Below are positions 36,237 through 45,875 of a stretch of DNA of 64,000 bases, in pieces. The stretch is from Burkholderiales bacterium (GTDB taxonomy: Bacteria; Pseudomonadota; Gammaproteobacteria; Burkholderiales; SG8-39): the NCBI GenBank assembly GCA_014860355.1, contig JACZJV010000050.1:14733-78732 (forward strand), read 5' to 3'. Numbering within the stretch: position 1 is the stretch's first letter; each line of letters begins with the position of its first letter. A model generated the notes under the pieces. It did no database searches and was not told where the DNA came from. It worked only from the letters and a program-made list of their open reading frames with translations. Both the position numbers and the translations under genes were made by a program.

Positions 36237-36320
36237 CCCTCCCCGCCAATCGTTCCTCCTCCTTGATCGTTTGGCGGATTCCAGCCCCCGGGTAGGCTTG
36301 CTTCCGGGGGCTGTTTTCTT
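36237..36320 (+). ncRNA. candidate small RNA (hypothetical)
   Basis: Elements seen, in order: palindrome, GACAAT (36225-36230), hairpin 36243-36277 with loop UUCCUCCUCCUUGAU, then the terminator. The alternative reading is a minus-strand SD plus a 23-codon ORF (see findings). Confidence 0.2.
36282..36320 (+). terminator. rho-independent terminator with no upstream plus-strand gene
   Basis: Perfect 10-bp GC-rich stem CAGCCCCCGG / CCGGGGGCTG, a 12-nt loop, then TTTTCTT. No T-tract on the opposite strand. Confidence 0.6.
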
Positions 36321-36582
36321 CGCGTGGGCCAGGTTGCACGAGCGCACCCCCCTACTTGGGTCCGCTTTCCGGCGAGCGCCCCGGCTTTCGCTCCAGTGGC
36401 CGAGCCGGGATGACAGGCTTTGCCTCAAGCACCAATTCCATAAAAAATACGCAGGTGTCCGCGACGCCGACTGGCGTCCGATTCGGGGCTCACCAGGACC
36501 CCTGCGTCAAAAATGGTTTCAGGGATCATCCACCAACGAGCCTAAACCTGGGCCCCGCCGGGTTGCGCGTCAGCACCCGCAC

Positions 36583-36933
36583 TCACTTCGAGCGTCCGTC
36601 GAACATATTGACCGGAACAGACTCAAGATCGATTCCCTCCAGGCAGCGTATGTTGATTGCCGCCATGGCATTGCCCTTGGGGTCGACACCTTCCCCATAC
36701 GGATGCATGCCGCAGGTCGGGCAGAATCGGTGTTTGATGACGTGCTTGTTGAAGGTGTAGCTCCTTGCCGCATCTTCAGCTGAGAGCAAACGCATCTTTT
36801 CGCGCGGCACAAACCACAGCAGCGAACCCTTGCGCTGACAGATCGAGCAATTGCACGCCATTGCGCCAGTGATGTCACCCTCAACTTCAAACGAGATTCG
36901 CCCGCAATGGCAACTACCTTTATGCATCACCAT
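36583..36933 (-). CDS. GFA family protein (CENP-V/glutathione-dependent formaldehyde-activating enzyme fold)
   Basis: ATG 36933 follows GGAGAAG. Zinc Cys pattern CHCG...CNCSIC...CPTCG. Confidence 0.8.
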   Translation of the reverse strand: MVMHKGSCHCGRISFEVEGDITGAMACNCSICQRKGSLLWFVPREKMRLLSAEDAARSYTFNKHVIKHRFCPTCGMHPYGEGVDPKGNAMAAINIRCLEGIDLESVPVNMFDGRSK

Positions 36934-37365
36934 GCTTCTCCTCCGGTCTAAGCTCGCAAGTATTGCTAATGGCGAGTCGCGGATCCGGACGTCCAGACGG
37001 TCCAAGGTCCGCTCTCCAACGCGCGCTCAGGCGCCATCATGCGTAGTCCTCGCCTGGATCTGCGTGAACTCATCCAAACAGGGGCATTATAAAACCGAAG
37101 AAGCGGAGCCTGGCACACTCAAATTACGTTCAAGCCTTTGCTACTTCAAGCATGGCAAACACCATGGAAAACGAGAAAGGCAGCTGCACACTCACACGAT
37201 AGAGGCACCAATTGGTGAGTCGTGCCGTCATCGCACATCGAGCGACTGCCATCGAAGAAAATCGCGATGGTCCGGTCGCATTGGCCTGTTCCCGGGCTGC
37301 CTGCGGCATTCTTCGGTACAGTTACGCCTCCGGCCGGGACGCTGCCTGGCCGACAGGGAGATTTC

Positions 37366-38568
37366 TTGACAATAAAGAAAATTACCGGCAACCCCGTCGG
37401 CCTCATCGCCTGGGTCTGCCTCGCGCATGTCGCGAGCATGCTGTGCTATGCGATCTACCCGACCCTGCTGCCGCAACTGCAGCTGGAATGGGGTGCAAGC
37501 AATTCCGCCGCGGGCCTGATCTCCGGCATGTTCTTCGCCGGCTACATGGCCTCGGTGCCGGTGCTGAGCGGCCTCACCGATCGCATCGACGCGCGCCGCG
37601 TGTATTTGTTCTCCAGCCTGCTCGCCGCCATCGGCTGCCTCGGCTTCGCACTGTTTGCCCAGGGTGTGTGGTCGGCAGCGCTGTTCCAGGGGCTGACCGG
37701 CGCGGGCATCGCCGGCACCTATATGCCCGGCCTGAGGGCGCTAACCGACAACCTCGCTGACAAGGCGCAGGGCCGCGCCGTGTCCTTTTACACGGCGGTG
37801 TTCGGCATAGGCGCGAGCTTCTCCATCCTGCTTGCGGGCGGGATCTCGTCGTCCCTGGGCTGGCGCTGGGCGTTTGGCTTGTGCGCGCTCGGCCCGCTCG
37901 CCGCCGGCCTGATGATTCTCGCCGCGTTGCCGCCCCGCCGCCCGCCTGCCGCCGGAACCAGGGCCTTGCTCGACTTGCGCCCGGTGCTCGCCAATCGCGC
38001 GGCGCGCGGCTATATATTCGGCTATACGGTGCACTGCTGGGAGTTGTTCGGCTCGCGCTCCTGGATGGTGGCGTTCTTCGTGTTCAGCCAGAGCCTGTCG
38101 GGGGGCGGCCTGTGGCCGTGGAGCCCGGTGCTGATCGCGGCCATCGCCAATCTGTTCGGGCCGGGCGCGAGCGTGCTCGGCAACGAGCTGGCGATGCGCT
38201 ACGGGCGCAATCGCGTCGTGCCCGTGATCATGGTCTGCTCCGGACTGTGCTCCTGCCTGTTCGGCATGGCTTCGGGCATGCCCTGGTACGCGATCGTCGC
38301 CCTGTCGTTTGTCATGCTCAGCCTGCACATGGGCGATTCCTCGGCCCTGACCACGGGCATGGTGGCAAACTCCGATCCGACCATGCGCGGCGCCAGCATG
38401 GCGCTGCATTCCATGCTCGGCTTCGGCGCCGGCTTCATCGCGCCGCTCGCTTTTGGCGCGGTGCTGGACGCGGGCGGGGGCAACGCCAGCCCCGGTGCGT
38501 GGATGCTCGCCTACGCCAGCCTGGGCGTGCTCGGCGTGTTCGCGCCGCTCTTCCTGAAGCTGCGGTGA
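37366..38568 (+). CDS. MFS transporter
   Basis: TTG 37366 follows AGGGAGA and keeps TM1 intact (the track ORF begins at 37222). Motif GLTDRIDARRV. Confidence 0.75.
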   Translation: MTIKKITGNPVGLIAWVCLAHVASMLCYAIYPTLLPQLQLEWGASNSAAGLISGMFFAGYMASVPVLSGLTDRIDARRVYLFSSLLAAIGCLGFALFAQGVWSAALFQGLTGAGIAGTYMPGLRALTDNLADKAQGRAVSFYTAVFGIGASFSILLAGGISSSLGWRWAFGLCALGPLAAGLMILAALPPRRPPAAGTRALLDLRPVLANRAARGYIFGYTVHCWELFGSRSWMVAFFVFSQSLSGGGLWPWSPVLIAAIANLFGPGASVLGNELAMRYGRNRVVPVIMVCSGLCSCLFGMASGMPWYAIVALSFVMLSLHMGDSSALTTGMVANSDPTMRGASMALHSMLGFGAGFIAPLAFGAVLDAGGGNASPGAWMLAYASLGVLGVFAPLFLKLR

Positions 38569-39773
38569 ATCCGGCCGACAAACCCCTGGTGCGCGAGTGG
38601 GCGGTCCTGCTGGTGCTCGCGGGCGTGCAGATCAGCCACATACTGGACTTCATGATCCTGATGCCGCTGGGGCCGCAGTTCATGCGCATGTTCGCGATCG
38701 GCCCGACGAAATTCGGCTTGCTCGTGTCGGTTTACACCTTCTCCGCGGCCGCGGTCGGATTCGCCGCGGCGTTTTTCATCGACCGCTTCGACCGCAAGCA
38801 ATCGTTGCTGATCCTGTATGCCTGCTTCGGCGCGACCACGCTGCTCGCCGCCTCCTCAGAAAGCTATGCCATGCTGCTCGCGGCGCGGGCGATGGCGGGC
38901 GCTTTCGGGGGCGTGCTCTCGGCAATCGTATTCGCCATCGTCGGCGATCTGATTCCGGAGGGCCGCCGGGGCGCGGCCCTGGGCGTCGTCATGTCCTCCT
39001 TCTCCATCGCGGCGACGGTCGGCGTGCCGGTCAGCCTGTCGCTCGCCACGCAGTTCACCTGGCGCGCGCCCTATTTCTTTCTGGCCGGCTTGTGCATCAT
39101 CGTCTGGAGCGGCGTGCTGTGGCTGCTGCCGTGCATGCGCGGCCACCTGAACGCCGCGCGCTCGCGCCGCCCGCTCTCGCGGGCGCTGGAGGTGTTTCGC
39201 GAGCCGAATCTGCGCCGGGCGTTCCTGTTTTCGGCCACGCTGTTTTTTTCCGGTTTCGCCGTCATCCCGTTCATCAGCCCCTATATGGTGGCCAATGTCG
39301 GGGTGAGGGAAGCGCAGCTGCCGCTGCTGTATCTGGTCGGCGGAATGCTTACGCTCGCCATGGTGCGGCTGGTGGGGCGCTTGACCGACCTGCACGGCAA
39401 GCAGCGCGTGTTCACACTGGTAGCCTGCGCCTCGGCGCTGGCGATGCTCAACCTCACCCACCTGCCGCGCGTGCCCATCTATCTTGCGATCGCCTCCTCG
39501 GCATTCATGATGTGCATGATGTCCGGGCGCTTCGTTCCGGCGATGGCGCTGATGACCTCGAGCGTGGCGCCGCGCCTGCGCGGCAGCTTCATGAGCTTCA
39601 ATTCGTCCGTGCAGCAGTTCGCCTCGGGTACGGCGACATTTGGCGCGAGCCTGGTCATCGGCAGAAGCGCGGCGGGCGAACTGACGCACTACGGCACGGT
39701 GGGCATACTCGCCGCAGCAGCGACGCTCGCCAGTATTTATCTGGCACGGCGCATACGCGCCGCGGCCGACTGA
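38565..39773 (+). CDS. MFS transporter
   Basis: GTG 38565 overlaps the upstream stop (GTGA). 402 aa, motif FFIDRFDRKQ, 12 hydrophobic segments. Confidence 0.8.
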   Translation: MNPADKPLVREWAVLLVLAGVQISHILDFMILMPLGPQFMRMFAIGPTKFGLLVSVYTFSAAAVGFAAAFFIDRFDRKQSLLILYACFGATTLLAASSESYAMLLAARAMAGAFGGVLSAIVFAIVGDLIPEGRRGAALGVVMSSFSIAATVGVPVSLSLATQFTWRAPYFFLAGLCIIVWSGVLWLLPCMRGHLNAARSRRPLSRALEVFREPNLRRAFLFSATLFFSGFAVIPFISPYMVANVGVREAQLPLLYLVGGMLTLAMVRLVGRLTDLHGKQRVFTLVACASALAMLNLTHLPRVPIYLAIASSAFMMCMMSGRFVPAMALMTSSVAPRLRGSFMSFNSSVQQFASGTATFGASLVIGRSAAGELTHYGTVGILAAAATLASIYLARRIRAAAD

Positions 39774-39915
39774 GCGCCAGGAACAACGGGGTCGGAGCAA
39801 CTTTTCGCTGCCGCTGCGATTAATGGAATAATGGCGTCGGACCAAGTCACTCAGACCCCATAACTTCACCAGAATCCGGCAATTTCCGCACTATCCATCG
39901 AGGAGGACGCACTAT

Positions 39916-41592
39916 ATGGAAAAGATCTGGCTCAAGCACTATCCCGCCGGCGTGCCCGCCGAAATCGACCCCGACAAATACCAGTCGATCCGCGACCTGT
40001 TCGATGAAAGCGTGGCCAACTACGCCGAGCGCCCGGCCTACCATTGCATGGGCAGGGAAATCAGCTTCGCCGACGTCGATCGCATGTCGGCGGCCTTCGG
40101 CGCCTGGCTGCAGTCGCGGGGCCTGCACAAGGGCGATCGTGTGGCGCTGATGATGCCCAACGTGCTGCAGTATCCGGTGGCGCTGTTCGGCGTGCTGCGC
40201 GCGGGCCTGGTGGTGGTGAACGTTAATCCGCTGTACACGCCGCGCGAGCTCGAGTACCAGCTGGTCGATTCTGGCGCCAAGGCGATCGTGATCCTTGAGA
40301 ACTTCGCGCATACGCTGGAGCAGGTCATCGCGAAGACCGAGGTGAAGCAGGTCGTGGTCGCGGCGATGGGAGACCTGCTGGGCGGGGTGAAGGGCGCGCT
40401 GGTGAATTTCGCCGTGCGCAACGTAAAGAAGATGGTGCCGGCGTTCGAGTTCGACAACGCCGTGCGCTTCAACGACGTGCTGCGCGCGGCCGCTCAGATG
40501 ACGCTCGAACGCGTCGAGATCAAGCCCGACGACATCGCCTTCCTGCAGTACACCGGCGGCACCACCGGCGTGTCCAAGGGCGCGATGCTGCTCAACCGCA
40601 ACATCACCGCCAACCTCACCCAGGTCGACGCCTGGCTGGACCCGTTTTTGACCGAATACGACCGCAAGCACTACATCATCATCACCGCGCTGCCGCTGTA
40701 TCACATTTTTTCGCTGACGGTGAACTGCCTGATGATGCTCAAGATCGGCGGCAAGAACGTGCTGAGCGTGAATCCGCGCGACACCGCCGGCTTCGTCAAG
40801 GAGCTGGCCAAGCACAAGTACACCACCATCACCGGGGTCAACACCCTGTTCAACGCACTGATGCACCATCCGGACTTCGAAAAGCTCGATTTCAGCGCGC
40901 TGCGCATTTCCAACGGCGGCGGCATGGCGGTGCAAAGGGCGGTGGCGGAGAGATGGAAGAAAATTACCGGTGTCACGCTGACCGAGGGCTACGGCCTCAC
41001 CGAGACCTCGCCCGTCGCCACCACCAATCCGCCCGACCTGAAGGAGTTCAACGGCTCGATCGGGCTGCCCGTGTCCTCCACCGAGATTTCAATCCGCGAC
41101 GACGCCGGCAAGGAACTGCCGCTGGGCGAGCCGGGCGAGATCTGCATCCGCGGGCCGCAGGTCATGGCCGGATACTGGCAACAACCGGAAGAGACCGCGA
41201 AGGTGATGACTGCGGACGGCTATTTCCGCAGCGGCGACGTCGGCATCATGGACGAGATGGGTCACACGCGCATCGTCGACCGCAAGAAGGACATGATCCT
41301 GGTGTCCGGCTTCAACGTGTATCCGAATGAAATCGAAGGCGTGGTGATGATGCTGCCGGGGGTGGTGGAGTGCGCCGCGGTCGGCGTGCCCGACGAGCAT
41401 TCGACCGAAGCGGTCAAACTGTTCGTGGTGCGCAAAGACCCGGATTTGTCGGAGAAGGAAGTGCGCGAGCACTGCCATCAGAACCTGACCGGCTACAAGT
41501 GCCCCAAGTACGTCGAGTTCAGGACGGAACTGCCCAAGACCAATGTGGGAAAAATCCTGCGGCGGGCGCTGCGCGACGCAAAAGCCGCCTGA
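39916..41592 (+). CDS. fadD: long-chain-fatty-acid--CoA ligase
   Basis: 558 aa. AMP-binding motif [16 protein letters not shown], plus [11 protein letters not shown] and the FadD-type C-terminus [10 protein letters not shown]. Confidence 0.95.
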   Translation: MEKIWLKHYPAGVPAEIDPDKYQSIRDLFDESVANYAERPAYHCMGREISFADVDRMSAAFGAWLQSRGLHKGDRVALMMPNVLQYPVALFGVLRAGLVVVNVNPLYTPRELEYQLVDSGAKAIVILENFAHTLEQVIAKTEVKQVVVAAMGDLLGGVKGALVNFAVRNVKKMVPAFEFDNAVRFNDVLRAAAQMTLERVEIKPDDIAFLQYTGGTTGVSKGAMLLNRNITANLTQVDAWLDPFLTEYDRKHYIIITALPLYHIFSLTVNCLMMLKIGGKNVLSVNPRDTAGFVKELAKHKYTTITGVNTLFNALMHHPDFEKLDFSALRISNGGGMAVQRAVAERWKKITGVTLTEGYGLTETSPVATTNPPDLKEFNGSIGLPVSSTEISIRDDAGKELPLGEPGEICIRGPQVMAGYWQQPEETAKVMTADGYFRSGDVGIMDEMGHTRIVDRKKDMILVSGFNVYPNEIEGVVMMLPGVVECAAVGVPDEHSTEAVKLFVVRKDPDLSEKEVREHCHQNLTGYKCPKYVEFRTELPKTNVGKILRRALRDAKAA

Positions 41593-41704
41593 CAACGTCG
41601 GTTGCGGATCAATGCAATATAGAGCCGGGCTAGCTCTATTGCCGGACCGCGGAGCAGGGCGATTACGCCCGGCGCAATTGGGTTAGCGACGAGGCATCGA
41701 CCGC

Positions 41705-42133
41705 CTAGACTATCGGGGTCGAGCCGTAATCCGGGGGATTGGTCCGGCCTTTGGTCCTGCTCAGGCAGGCTTCGATCGACTCGAGCAGCTGGTCGCGCGT
41801 CACCGGTTTGGTAAGGTAATCCGCTGCGCCCAGTTCCACCGCCTTGGCCATGGTGTCGCCGTCGCTGCGGCCGGAGAGCAGTATTACCGGAATCGAAGCA
41901 GTTTCCTCGTCCCCGTGCAACAAGCGCAACAACTCGAAACCGTCGAGGAAGGGCATGTTGAGATCGGAAACGACCAGGTCCGGTGTTTGTTCGAGCAGCG
42001 CCCTTCCCCCCGTGACACCGTCTTCGGCGACCCGCACCTGGTAGCCTGCCGCCGCCAGATGAATTCGCAACAAATCGCGAAAGCCGACGTCGTCGTCGAT
42101 GATGAGAATCCGCGTTTTCCTGTCGCTCTGCAT
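41705..42133 (-). CDS. single-domain response regulator (CheY-like receiver)
   Basis: ILIIDDD, phospho-acceptor context DLVVSDLNMP, and K in DYLTKP. No output domain and no adjacent kinase. Confidence 0.85.
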   Translation of the reverse strand: MQSDRKTRILIIDDDVGFRDLLRIHLAAAGYQVRVAEDGVTGGRALLEQTPDLVVSDLNMPFLDGFELLRLLHGDEETASIPVILLSGRSDGDTMAKAVELGAADYLTKPVTRDQLLESIEACLSRTKGRTNPPDYGSTPIV

Positions 42134-42438
42134 CGCTTGCCTTGGTTCGGGCGGGACGCCCGACGGAAAATCATTTTATATGAAATCCCTGTGCCCCAGA
42201 TTGACTATTCTCAATTGCGCGCTTGCGCCTGGCAGGTCCCAGACTTGCGCCATCGCGCCGGGGTGTGATTGAACCGCACTGCCGCCGTGAGCGCGCTCGT
42301 CGTGTAATATCGCGGGGCGCAGCGCCCCGGGCAACGCGTTTCGCCGACTCAGGGGAGCATGAGTGCGGGGCAGGGCGAGGGGCACTACTTTCCATGCCCC
42401 GGCCCCTGTGATTTGCAACCGATCCTTCAGGACATTGC

Positions 42439-43359
42439 GTGCAGACCAATCAGTTCAAGGGCGTGCTGGTCATGCTGATCACCGTGCTCATTTGGGGCGG
42501 TACCTTCCCGGTGGCGAAAGCCGCGCTGCTGAGCCTGGACGCGTTCTGGATGTCGAGCATCCGCTACAGCGTCGCGGCGCTGGTGCTGCTCGCCCTGCTG
42601 TACTGGCGCGAGGGCGCCGGCGCGCTGCGCTACCACGGGAAGTTGCTGCCTGCATCGTTTTTCGGCGTCCTGGGTATCACCGGCTTTTCCGTGCTGGTAT
42701 TCGTCGGCCTCGCGCGCTCGAGTCCGGAGCATGCCGCCATCATCATGGCGCTGCAAGCGCCGATCGTGGCGTTTGTGCACTGGGCGCTGAAGGGGACGCG
42801 GCCGGCGAACTTCACTTTGGCCTGCGTCAGCATCGCCATTTTCGGCGTGTTCCTGGTCATAAGCAAAGGCGACCCGGCCAGCATTGCCTCCAGCGGCAGC
42901 TTTCTTGGCGACATTCTGGTTTTTCTCGGCGCCATGTGCTGGATCAGCTACACCATAGGCGCGGTCAGCTTCCCCGGCTGGTCGGCGCTGCGCTTTACCA
43001 CGCTCACCTGCCTGCCGGGGACGGTGGGAATATTCCTTGCGACCGGGATCGCGACCCTGAGCGGCCATGCGAGCGTCCCGGCCGCAGCGACGGTGATCGC
43101 CGTCGGCTGGGAACTGGCCTACCTGGCGCTGTTTACCGTGGTGCTGGCGGTGCTCTTCTGGAACATGGCCATCGGCTACCTCGGCGCGCTCAACGCCATG
43201 CTGCTCGGCAACCTGGTGCCGGTGGTGACCTTCGCCATCCGCATCCTGCAGGGACACCGCTTTGCGACGATAGAGCTCGCGGGCGCCGCTCTGGTGGTGG
43301 CGGCGCTGATCGCCAACAATCTTTATCTCAGGGGCAGGATCACCGCGGCTGCAGCTTGA
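42439..43359 (+). CDS. DMT superfamily (EamA-like) transporter
   Basis: GTG start, 306 aa, 10 hydrophobic segments in two EamA repeats. Confidence 0.85.
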   Translation: MQTNQFKGVLVMLITVLIWGGTFPVAKAALLSLDAFWMSSIRYSVAALVLLALLYWREGAGALRYHGKLLPASFFGVLGITGFSVLVFVGLARSSPEHAAIIMALQAPIVAFVHWALKGTRPANFTLACVSIAIFGVFLVISKGDPASIASSGSFLGDILVFLGAMCWISYTIGAVSFPGWSALRFTTLTCLPGTVGIFLATGIATLSGHASVPAAATVIAVGWELAYLALFTVVLAVLFWNMAIGYLGALNAMLLGNLVPVVTFAIRILQGHRFATIELAGAALVVAALIANNLYLRGRITAAAA

Positions 43360-45724
43360 GCGTGCCGAGCGATCCGTCGGCGGCATCGCCGCGCTTCATC
43401 GACATCGGGATGTATTCCACCCGCGACCAGCGCTCGGCGAAATTCCGATACAGCGGCGAGAGCAGATTGCCCGACTGACCGGTCGAGTGGATGTACACCG
43501 ACTTGTCCAGGTCGGCCAGATCGTAGATCGCGCGCAGCGACGCGGCGTGGCGGCTGGCGAAAGGCGCGTACTCATTGGTGAGCGTATTGCGGCCGACGTC
43601 GATGGTGTAGGTATCCCCGGGTGTGGGCACGCGGATATCGAACAGCCTGGCGAGCTGCGCCTGGCGGCCGAACGGGCGGTGTTCGGACAGGGCGTAGTGC
43701 GCGTCGCCCCAGCGCCATTGCCTGCGATCTTCGCCGTAGCGCTGCCTCAGATCGGCCAGTGCCAGAGCCAGCGCCTTGGGCAGCAGGTCGGCGCAGGTCT
43801 CCTTTGCCGGCGTGTTCACATCGTCGCACCAACGGCCCTGGCCGCCGCTGTCGGCGAGCACGTGGACCATGAAGCCGGCGCGATGCGCCCAGGCGCCCTC
43901 GAACAGCTCGCCCAGTTCGTCGGCGTAGATCAGCCGCCCGAGTTCGCGCAGCCAGGCGCTGACGATCAGCGGTTCTGCACCGTCGACCGACATATTCGCA
44001 TTCCAGCGGCGCAGCTGCTGCAGCACCTGCAGCGCCTCGGCATCCGCAGTCCGGGTCTTGAGCAGCAGCGGCAGGATTTCGCGCACCTGCAGCGATACCG
44101 TGTCGGCCTGGATTTTCGCAAAGCTTTGCAGGGTGTGCTTGGGCGTGGCGTCCAGCAGTTGCTGGATGCGCTCGGCGCGGTAGGGCAGGGACCACTCGCT
44201 GGTGATGTAGTGCGGGTAGTCCTTGGGCACGATTTTGTGATTGGCGGTGATGATTTCGCCCGAGGCCGGGTTGTAGCTCTGCGGCAGATCCTCGAAGGCG
44301 ATGTAGCCGTCCCAGTCGTATTTCGCCTCCCAGCCCGGCGCGGGCGCCAGCCCTTTGAGATCGTTCCCGGGCTTGCGCACCGGCACGCGCCCGGGCGCGA
44401 TGTAGCCGATGTTGCCCTCGGTGTCGGCATACAGCATGTTCTGCTGCGGCGAATGAAAATCGCGCGCCGCCGCGAGAAATTCGTTCCAGTTGTCGGCACT
44501 TGCCAACTTGCCCGCGGCCTGCATCGACAAATCGTCCTCGCGCAGCGTGGTCCAGGCGAATGCCAGCGCATAGTTTTGTGGCAGCGCAGCGGCGGCCGGT
44601 CTGAACACGTCGGAGATCAAGGGCCCGTGGCGCGAGGCGCGCACCGTCAGCGTCACGTCCGCCTCGCCCTTGACCTTGATCGCTTCCTCGCGCACGGTGA
44701 GTTTTTCCCAACCTTGCGGCGACAGCACCTGGCCGGCGCCATCCACGCGCTCTATATAGAGGTCCTGCACGTCCGGACCGGTGTTGGTGAAACCCCAGGC
44801 GATATGCCGGTTGCGTCCCAGCACCACGGCGGGCACCCCCGGAAGGGTCGCTCCCATCACTTCAAGGCCCGGTGCCGACAGATGCGCAAAATACCAGATT
44901 GCGGGCGCGGCCAGGCCCAGATGCGGATCGTTGGCGAGCAGCGGCTTGCCGCTTGCGCTGCGGCGGCCGGCGAGCACCCAGTTGTTGGACGCGCCGTCCT
45001 CGGTCACGCCGGGAAGCGCAAGTGCGGCGAGCTTGCCTGCATCGAGCCGGCGATACAAGCTGGTGAAATCGGCGATGGCGAGCGGCGCATCGCCCGGATA
45101 GGGCGGCAGGAATTCGCCGATCTGCGCGGCGGAAAGCTTTTTCGCTAGGCGCAGGCGCAGCAGTTCCGAGCGCCAGTTCGCGCCCAGGTCCCAGGCCATC
45201 ATCTTGACCCAGGCGACCGAGTCCGCGCTCTGCCAGGGTTCGGGCGTGATTCCGGTGAGCAAAAACTCAGGTGGCAGCGGTCCCGAGCGTTGTGCGAGAA
45301 AAGCGTTGACCCCGGCGGCATAAGCGTCCAGCTGGCTGCGTGTGCTGGCGTCCAAAGCGCTCAGCGTTGCTGCGGCAACGCGGCGCACACCCAGGGTACG
45401 CAGGAACTTGTCCGCATCCAGGGTCGCCGCGCCCAGCGCTTCGGACAGGCGTCCGCCGGCGATGCGGCGGTTCATTTCCATCTGCCACAGGCGGTCCTGC
45501 GCGTGGACGAAGCCGAGCGAGAAATAGGCATCTTCGATGCTGGCGGCATAGATGTGGGGCACGCCGTGGCGATCGCGCAGGATTTCCACCGGTGCCTTGA
45601 GCCCGGAGAGCGCGAGCTTGCCGTCGAGCTGCGGCAGGGACTGGCGCAGCCAGGCGTAGCCCGCGGCGCCGGCCAGCAGCAACACGAGTATCAGCGCCGA
45701 GATAGTGCGCAATGCAACTTTCAT
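43340..45724 (-). CDS. penicillin acylase family Ntn hydrolase (acyl-homoserine-lactone acylase-like)
   Basis: Internal ATG (MKVALRTISAL, signal peptide). The autoprocessing site GASNNWV carries the nucleophile Ser. 794 aa. Confidence 0.9.
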   Translation of the reverse strand: MKVALRTISALILVLLLAGAAGYAWLRQSLPQLDGKLALSGLKAPVEILRDRHGVPHIYAASIEDAYFSLGFVHAQDRLWQMEMNRRIAGGRLSEALGAATLDADKFLRTLGVRRVAAATLSALDASTRSQLDAYAAGVNAFLAQRSGPLPPEFLLTGITPEPWQSADSVAWVKMMAWDLGANWRSELLRLRLAKKLSAAQIGEFLPPYPGDAPLAIADFTSLYRRLDAGKLAALALPGVTEDGASNNWVLAGRRSASGKPLLANDPHLGLAAPAIWYFAHLSAPGLEVMGATLPGVPAVVLGRNRHIAWGFTNTGPDVQDLYIERVDGAGQVLSPQGWEKLTVREEAIKVKGEADVTLTVRASRHGPLISDVFRPAAAALPQNYALAFAWTTLREDDLSMQAAGKLASADNWNEFLAAARDFHSPQQNMLYADTEGNIGYIAPGRVPVRKPGNDLKGLAPAPGWEAKYDWDGYIAFEDLPQSYNPASGEIITANHKIVPKDYPHYITSEWSLPYRAERIQQLLDATPKHTLQSFAKIQADTVSLQVREILPLLLKTRTADAEALQVLQQLRRWNANMSVDGAEPLIVSAWLRELGRLIYADELGELFEGAWAHRAGFMVHVLADSGGQGRWCDDVNTPAKETCADLLPKALALALADLRQRYGEDRRQWRWGDAHYALSEHRPFGRQAQLARLFDIRVPTPGDTYTIDVGRNTLTNEYAPFASRHAASLRAIYDLADLDKSVYIHSTGQSGNLLSPLYRNFAERWSRVEYIPMSMKRGDAADGSLGTLKLQPR

Positions 45725-45875
45725 GAGTTCGGTATTCCGTCGGAAGTACGGCAATGGGCGACAGGCTAGCATAAGCGCAGCTTATTCCTGCTGGCGAAAC
45801 CGGCACGATTGGGCATTAGTAGGGATGCGCTGCTCCGGGAAGTTTGGTATAAACCTGTAACGCATCAGCAACGGA

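Noticed and set aside
37152-37202. 16-codon ORF (MANTMENEKGSCTLTR) in the GFA-MFS intergenic region, considered as a possible leader peptide.
   Set aside because: It has no SD, no attenuator structure and no conservation argument available.
42230-42248. Sigma-54-like TGGCAG...TTGC upstream of the EamA/receiver genes.
   Set aside because: The GG-to-GC spacing is 16 nt instead of the canonical 12, and no enhancer-binding protein lies nearby.
43487-45148. 553-aa ORF antisense to the acylase gene.
   Set aside because: It is a shadow ORF with no motifs. The acylase frame is well supported.
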